A stretch of DNA of 64,000 bases from Minisyncoccota bacterium. Lineage in GTDB: Bacteria; Patescibacteriota; Minisyncoccia; SW-4-49-11. Made by a program: the position numbers and the translations under genes. The notes under the pieces were generated by a model, which did not search any database, was not told the DNA's origin, and saw only the letters and a program-made list of their open reading frames with translations. The stretch lies in assembly GCA_032117235.1 (NCBI GenBank), contig JAULZW010000003.1:2798-66797 (forward strand). Direction: 5' to 3'. This document shows, piece after piece, positions 58,653-64,000 of this stretch (its first letter is position 1; each line of letters starts with the position of its first letter).

Positions 58653-59348
58653 ATGAGTAAATCTATGAAATCACAACCATATTTAGAAAGTATTCAATAT
58701 GGAATATTCTTCAGTAAACCCTTAGATAGATTAGATAAACTAATAACTCCAATCACTGATAAATATAGTGATGTTTTTGATACTCAACCCACTATTTTTC
58801 CATTTATAGAAGGATTAGATGAAGTTGTGACTGCTCAAGCAGGATCCACTAATACTCAATGGCAGTTAAATATATCAAGAAAGAGAGCTGATATCATATA
58901 TACTCCTTTAAAAGATAAACAATATAGATATGAGAATTTAACTAGTGAAAACAATAAGATACAAGAAATGATTCTTGCTATGGCGGATATAGTTAGAGAC
59001 TTAGAAGATCATATAATAAAAATTTCTCGTATCACTAATATTAGTACATTTATTTTTGAATGTGATAATCCTGAACAACAAATCAGTACACTATTTCTAG
59101 AAGATAAGAATAATACATATAAAGATTTAATAATTCGATTTAATAACCCCATTGAAGAGAATAGTATTAAATATAATAACTTAAAATATTATGAAGGGGT
59201 GATAGATCCTAGTACTGACATAAGGGCTTTAAGAATTCAAAACGATTTTAATACAGATATTTCTAAAAACACTCTTACTAATGAGGAGATTAAAGAGTTT
59301 TGGAATATTACTCAAAAATATTCTCACCATATCCCAGAGCTAGAATAG
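58653..59348 (+). CDS. Hypothetical protein
   Basis: 231-aa ORF with alpha/beta pattern and C-terminal NDFNT. Confidence 0.6.
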   Translation: MSKSMKSQPYLESIQYGIFFSKPLDRLDKLITPITDKYSDVFDTQPTIFPFIEGLDEVVTAQAGSTNTQWQLNISRKRADIIYTPLKDKQYRYENLTSENNKIQEMILAMADIVRDLEDHIIKISRITNISTFIFECDNPEQQISTLFLEDKNNTYKDLIIRFNNPIEENSIKYNNLKYYEGVIDPSTDIRALRIQNDFNTDISKNTLTNEEIKEFWNITQKYSHHIPELE

Positions 59349-59358
59349 ATGTATTTTT

Positions 59359-60024
59359 ATGGGAAGTAATAATTGGAATGAAAAGTCATCAACAGTTCAG
59401 AATAACAGATCTTCACAATTAAGATTTAAAGCTGATTCAGAGCCTGAAACAAGTACTGAACCAGAAAGTAAAAATTTGACTTTTCAACAGCTTGATACAA
59501 TCTTTAAACAAAATATAGATAAATATACTCGAAAATATAATAAAAAGTTTGTAGATCTAAGTTATGAGTTTGATAAAAAGTTTATAAATCTAAATGAAGA
59601 ACTAACAAAGCTAACTAATGATTTGGATCCAAATAAAAAAGGTAGTGTTAGCGAAAAATTAACAAGTGATCTTGATCAAAAAATTCAAAACTCTAGTTCA
59701 CAATCAATTGCTCTATTAGCAATATTTACTACAGTATTTATATTTATTTCTGTTAATATAACTATTTTTCAAAAAGTTAAAACTGGAGTAGAGGCTGTTT
59801 TTTTTATGACAATTATTGCACTATTATGCGCAATAATTGTTTCCGTACCAATTCTTATACTACAAGCAGTTAATGGAAGTAAGATTAATTGGAAGCCAAT
59901 TATTAGTATTTTTTTATCTGGACTTTTAGGATTAATACTTATAGCCTGGATAGCACTATGGTCAAATTTCGAATTAACTACTTGTGAAGATAAACAAAAA
60001 AATTTAATTATACCTCTTCCTTAA
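59359..60024 (+). CDS. Coiled-coil plus three-TM membrane protein
   Basis: Charged helical N-terminus, then SIALLAIFTTVFIFISVNI and two further TM segments. Confidence 0.6.
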   Translation: MGSNNWNEKSSTVQNNRSSQLRFKADSEPETSTEPESKNLTFQQLDTIFKQNIDKYTRKYNKKFVDLSYEFDKKFINLNEELTKLTNDLDPNKKGSVSEKLTSDLDQKIQNSSSQSIALLAIFTTVFIFISVNITIFQKVKTGVEAVFFMTIIALLCAIIVSVPILILQAVNGSKINWKPIISIFLSGLLGLILIAWIALWSNFELTTCEDKQKNLIIPLP

Positions 60025-60039
60025 TAATTACCAGTCAGT

Positions 60040-60282
60040 ATGACAAAAGATGAGGTGATACGTAAATTAAAGAATAAAATAGCTGAGCTTCAGCTTGAGC
60101 CCGATACATTGATTGAAAGCACAACTGATAATACCGATATATTATCTTTGGTAGATAAATATAATCTTATGGTACATATGATGAATAAAGCTGTTGATAC
60201 TCAATTAGAATATATCCCTTATGAGCCTACTATACAGGAAATAGAGGATATAATATCTAGGAATAATACTCAGAGTAATTAA
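60040..60282 (+). CDS. Hypothetical protein
   Basis: 80-aa ORF co-oriented in the cassette; hairpin at 60290-60312 downstream. Confidence 0.5.
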   Translation: MTKDEVIRKLKNKIAELQLEPDTLIESTTDNTDILSLVDKYNLMVHMMNKAVDTQLEYIPYEPTIQEIEDIISRNNTQSN

Positions 60283-60591
60283 AAACAAAAAAGCCCCGCG
60301 ATGTGCGGGGTTGGGTATGTTGTGAGGGCTGGGATTAACCGTCTGATTCTCCGTAACCTTCTTCAAGCTCTTCTTCCTCACAACAATTTTCGGGGTCTAT
60401 TCTCCTCACCGCTGTGATTACAATACCCACATAATTGGCACTAGAGTTAAGGTTTGGTAAGGGGGAAAAGTAAATGACATATAATAAGTTATAAAAATAA
60501 GATAATCGCTATTGACAAAAATGAGAAAATATGCTATAGTCTTTGCGTAATGAGCAATTCCGCTCATTAGAACTTTTACAAGGAGGTTCCA

Positions 60592-60981
60592 GTGCATCAA
60601 TCTCAACCAGCTCAAAACCAAGAGGATAAGAATGTTAAATGGTATGAATCAGAAACATTTGAGGGAGGTATAGCAATCTTGGTATCTGGGTTAATACTCC
60701 TATTAATTTTTACCTTTCCGGAAACCTCCAAAACAATCATTTTATGGTTGTTGGTATTGTGTGGGGTTGGAGCCGGAGTTATATTTTTGCTAGAAAACCC
60801 ACCATTTCTGGCATTGACAGTAGTAATTATAATTGTAATTCTAGGATACTTTTTTACAAAGGCTGTTATAGGAACACTTTTTGTAGTACTAGGGATAATA
60901 TTTTTATTAGGCCGACCCTACTGGGTTGGTTTGGTACTCGCAATAGCGGGTGCTATAATCCTTTTTCATAAAAGCTGTTGA
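60592..60981 (+). CDS. Hypothetical membrane protein
   Basis: Hydrophobic ORF; promoter TTGACA-17-TATAGT (60512-60540), AAGGAGGT before GTG, terminator at about 60980-61015. Confidence 0.6.
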   Translation: MHQSQPAQNQEDKNVKWYESETFEGGIAILVSGLILLLIFTFPETSKTIILWLLVLCGVGAGVIFLLENPPFLALTVVIIIVILGYFFTKAVIGTLFVVLGIIFLLGRPYWVGLVLAIAGAIILFHKSC

Positions 60982-61064
60982 GAGCTCGTACATAGTGCGA
61001 GCTCTTTTTCTTTTTACTGACCTCAGCTAGTAAGGGATCACAATAATTAAAGATATTTCTACTC

Positions 61065-61394
61065 TTACTCCTGCTCTTGTTCGGAACTTTCTCCTTCTCC
61101 TCCGATGGTGAAAGTTGAGATAATTTGTTCTCTTAAGGCGGCAATATTGGCTTGGATAATCTCCGAGACTATGTTCCCAGCTTCTTGTTGTCCTTGTTCT
61201 ATTCCTTCCTGTACAATTTTCTCACCTTCAGCTACTATTGGTTGAGAGATTTCAGCTACTGGTTGTGTGACTGTGGCTAAATTGGGTTTGATAAAACTGT
61301 TGAACACAATAACACCTCCAACAATTGATAGTACTAGAAAAACTCCAATTCCTGCAATGATGAAAGTGAAGATTTTGGGCATCATTTTAGGCAT
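61065..61394 (-). CDS. Hypothetical single-pass membrane protein
   Basis: N-terminal TM, Q/E-rich helix. Confidence 0.55.
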   Translation of the reverse strand: MPKMMPKIFTFIIAGIGVFLVLSIVGGVIVFNSFIKPNLATVTQPVAEISQPIVAEGEKIVQEGIEQGQQEAGNIVSEIIQANIAALREQIISTFTIGGEGESSEQEQE

Positions 61395-61482
61395 ATAATT
61401 ATTATTTATTGATACCTTTTTATTATAATATAGATTATTTATTTAGAAAAGAGTATAATAATGATATAAATTTTCATTTGAT

Positions 61483-62661
61483 ATGCTTGGATATTGGGTT
61501 TTGATTATTAGTGTTATCACTGGGCAAATTACTCGTATTGGGAATTTGGGGGTTTTGACGGATTTACTAATTCCTTTTTATTTGGGATATTGGCTTTTGA
61601 CTAGAGATAAAAAAAGACCACTCCCTTTTTCTAAGTCTATTTTATTAGTAGTAGTTTGGTTGTTTTATCTTTTGGGCAATCTTTTGATTAATCTTAACTT
61701 TATACCAGCGGTCGGTGGTGAGATTGGAGCTATTCTTTATTGGGTGAGACTGGCGTCTTATATGTCTCTATTGCTTCCTTTGATAGATTATAGATCTCAA
61801 AATCCAGAGCGAGTTGACAATCAGCTATGGTATATGGTTTTTGTATCTAGTGTCATATTATCTATACTTGGATTTGCTCAATTAGTTTTATTTCCAGACT
61901 TCTCTTTTATGGCTCAATATGGTTGGGATCCGCATCAAGGCAGATTACTGTCTACTTGGTATGACCCAAATTTCTTAGGAGGATTTTTGGGACTTGCATC
62001 AGTTATTATTTTGAGTCGAGTTTTAGTTTTTTTGAAAGAAAATAAATCTTGGCAAAAGCAAAACATAATTTTATTATCTGCTTGGATAATTGGGTTAGGA
62101 GTAGTGTTAGGAGCTTTGATACTAACTTATTCTAGGAGTGCTCTACTAGCTTTTTTAATCGGTGTGACTATTGTTACGATTTTGATTTCAAGAAGAACTT
62201 TTGTGTTGGTGCTTATAATTTTGTCTATTATTGTTATCTCTAATCCTAGATTACAAACTCGTATTCAGGGCGCAATTCAGGTAGATGTGACAGCTTCTCT
62301 TAGAATTCAGTCTTGGCGGGAGACTTTGGATGATATAGATAAAAATCCAATTTGGGGTATTGGATATAATACGATTAAATATCAGACAATTGTACCTTCA
62401 GAATTAAATTCAGCTTCTGGAAGGGACAGTAGTTTACTCACTCTTTGGTTGACAGGTGGGATTATTGGACTTGGGATATTTATAATAATTATTTTTAATT
62501 CTATCATTAAATCTTGGCAAAAGTTGTCTAAATCAGGTCTGGAGCGAGTTTGGGGAGTGGCTATTATTGCTGGTTGGGCTTTGATTCTGGTGCATTCGAT
62601 GTTTGTGAATAGTATTTTCTTTCCGCATATTCTTATATTTATTTTATTTTTCTTATTATGA
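61483..62661 (+). CDS. O-antigen ligase/Wzy_C family membrane protein
   Basis: RLLSTWYDPNFLGG, LTYSRSA, RIQSW, PIWGIGY. Confidence 0.85.
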   Translation: MLGYWVLIISVITGQITRIGNLGVLTDLLIPFYLGYWLLTRDKKRPLPFSKSILLVVVWLFYLLGNLLINLNFIPAVGGEIGAILYWVRLASYMSLLLPLIDYRSQNPERVDNQLWYMVFVSSVILSILGFAQLVLFPDFSFMAQYGWDPHQGRLLSTWYDPNFLGGFLGLASVIILSRVLVFLKENKSWQKQNIILLSAWIIGLGVVLGALILTYSRSALLAFLIGVTIVTILISRRTFVLVLIILSIIVISNPRLQTRIQGAIQVDVTASLRIQSWRETLDDIDKNPIWGIGYNTIKYQTIVPSELNSASGRDSSLLTLWLTGGIIGLGIFIIIIFNSIIKSWQKLSKSGLERVWGVAIIAGWALILVHSMFVNSIFFPHILIFILFFLL

Positions 62662-63893
62662 GTAGACTGTTTTTTGGATTAGGCTTGATTATACCTTTAT
62701 ATGTAATTAGATTTAAAATTTTTGGTATCCCGACTAATATTTTGGAAATTGCTATTGTGTTTATATTTATAATCTTTTTATTCAAATTTAGGGATTATAA
62801 AAGCCTATTCAAACCAGATAATTGTTGGCATAGAAAGAGTTTAGTTTTTGGAAGTTTACTAGTACTGGCTAGCCTAGGAGTTTTGGTGAGTGAGGAATTA
62901 CGATCAAGTCTGGGAATTTGGAAGGCTTATTTTGTACTGCCAATTCTGCTGATATGTATATTGTCTAAAATTAAATCAAAATATTATCTATCACTAATAA
63001 GAGGAATTATTGGTAGTGGAGTCGGAGTGTCTATTATCACCATTGCTCAGGTAGTGGTATTAGGTTTGGATGGTAGTTTTAGACCGACAGCTTTATATGC
63101 TTTAGGCTTAGACAAGGCAGTCTCTCAGGGAGGTTTTGCCAATTATATTGCAATGTATTTGGTGCCAATTTTTACCCTAAGTCTGTCTCGGCGAAATGTA
63201 CCTTTAGAGTTAAGATGGTTTGTGATAGTAGTGTTATTTAGCGGTATCATAACAACTCAATCCTATGCAGGCATTTTTGCCCTTTTAGGGGTGTTTATAA
63301 TCTGGATATTAACTAGAATATTGATTAGCCGTAAAAATAAACAAGAACTAATTACTGCCCCAGTTCTAAGAAAATATTTGATACCAATTAGCATGGCTTT
63401 GATTATAGGAGTTAGTTTGTTCGGATTTTGGCAAATTAATACTCCGAAATTCCAGAGCCTACTGAATATGGATAATAGGAATTCTATTACAACCAGAATA
63501 CAAATTTGGGATACCGCGACTACTATGATAGCTCAAGCACCTATTCTTGGTATTGGGCTTGCTGATTTTCAGCGAGTATATACCGAGACAATTCCTCAGA
63601 AATACTTCCCCCCTTATGAATGGCTAGTTCCTGAACCCCATAATCTCTATTTTGCCTTTTGGTTACATCTGGGTATTGGAGGGATTATTTGGCTTATTGC
63701 AATGTTGAGATTTACTATATCCAGGCTTATTGGTGCAATTCGCGATGGTAAATGGGAGTTGTATTGGCTAAGCCTCAGCCTTATCTCTATATTCTTGTAT
63801 GGGCTATTGGATACGCCTTTTTGGAAAAATGATTTGGCTCTATTATTCCTCGTGATTTTGTATGGAGTTGTGGGGAAAAAGAAAAAGTCGTAG
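62658..63893 (+). CDS. O-antigen ligase/Wzy_C family membrane protein
   Basis: ANYIAMYL, TRIQIW, PILGIG, PEPHNLY, LLDTPFWKND. Confidence 0.85.
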   Translation: MSRLFFGLGLIIPLYVIRFKIFGIPTNILEIAIVFIFIIFLFKFRDYKSLFKPDNCWHRKSLVFGSLLVLASLGVLVSEELRSSLGIWKAYFVLPILLICILSKIKSKYYLSLIRGIIGSGVGVSIITIAQVVVLGLDGSFRPTALYALGLDKAVSQGGFANYIAMYLVPIFTLSLSRRNVPLELRWFVIVVLFSGIITTQSYAGIFALLGVFIIWILTRILISRKNKQELITAPVLRKYLIPISMALIIGVSLFGFWQINTPKFQSLLNMDNRNSITTRIQIWDTATTMIAQAPILGIGLADFQRVYTETIPQKYFPPYEWLVPEPHNLYFAFWLHLGIGGIIWLIAMLRFTISRLIGAIRDGKWELYWLSLSLISIFLYGLLDTPFWKNDLALLFLVILYGVVGKKKKS

Positions 63894-63908
63894 TATTACT
63901 ACGACTTT
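63884..63908. terminator. Hairpin overlapping the stop codon
   Basis: AAAGTCGTAG-tatta-CTACGACTTT. Confidence 0.5.
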
Positions 63909-64000
63909 GGAGTTTGAGCTAAGTCTAGCTCATAGGGGATCTGGGGTGTGAAAAAGATCCCATAATAGGTTGATATATTCTCTCATATCGGACTGATTTT

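Noticed and set aside
60335-60480. Acidic minus-strand mini-frame (...RRIDPENCCEEEELEEGYGESDG)
   Set aside because: No convincing start codon; too short to support, although a hairpin follows it
1-64000. Alternative genetic code (UGA=Gly) or general stop read-through
   Set aside because: RF2 is intact, TGA ends genes such as dnaE, and core genes are uninterrupted in code 11

Overview
AT-rich bacterial chromosome segment containing the replication origin (comM-dnaN-[oriC]-dnaA / rpmH-rnpA-yidC). It is probably from a CPR/Patescibacteria genome. This is inferred from leaders lacking Shine-Dalgarno sequences, a tandem-domain ThyX next to dcd, and rpsF-ssb-rpsR without rplI; an intact prfB indicates the standard code. 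Housekeeping genes include prfB, ftsEX, ychF, holA, uvrB, dnaE, rpsF/ssb/rpsR/rpsT, ABC exporters and glycan flippase/GT/ligases. A ~10 kb defence island sits between ychF and rpsF, with a RloA/RloB-like pair, a type III R-M system and a thermonuclease. The most unusual feature is the type III Mod gene. It is split in two by a nested P22-antirepressor-N/RhuM gene, with an in-phase 8-bp direct repeat at the break and new, oppositely charged tails on the two halves. A family of ~42-nt double-hairpin repeats (8 copies) lies at that break, in-frame inside Mod and Res, and as inverted pairs, one of them beside oriC. Also present are an alr pseudogene, a FlbD-like ORF with an internal TAA inside the origin region, and several small ORFs missed by the ORF track. 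I saw no rRNA, tRNA or CRISPR array. All family assignments come from recognising motifs by eye; no searches were run.
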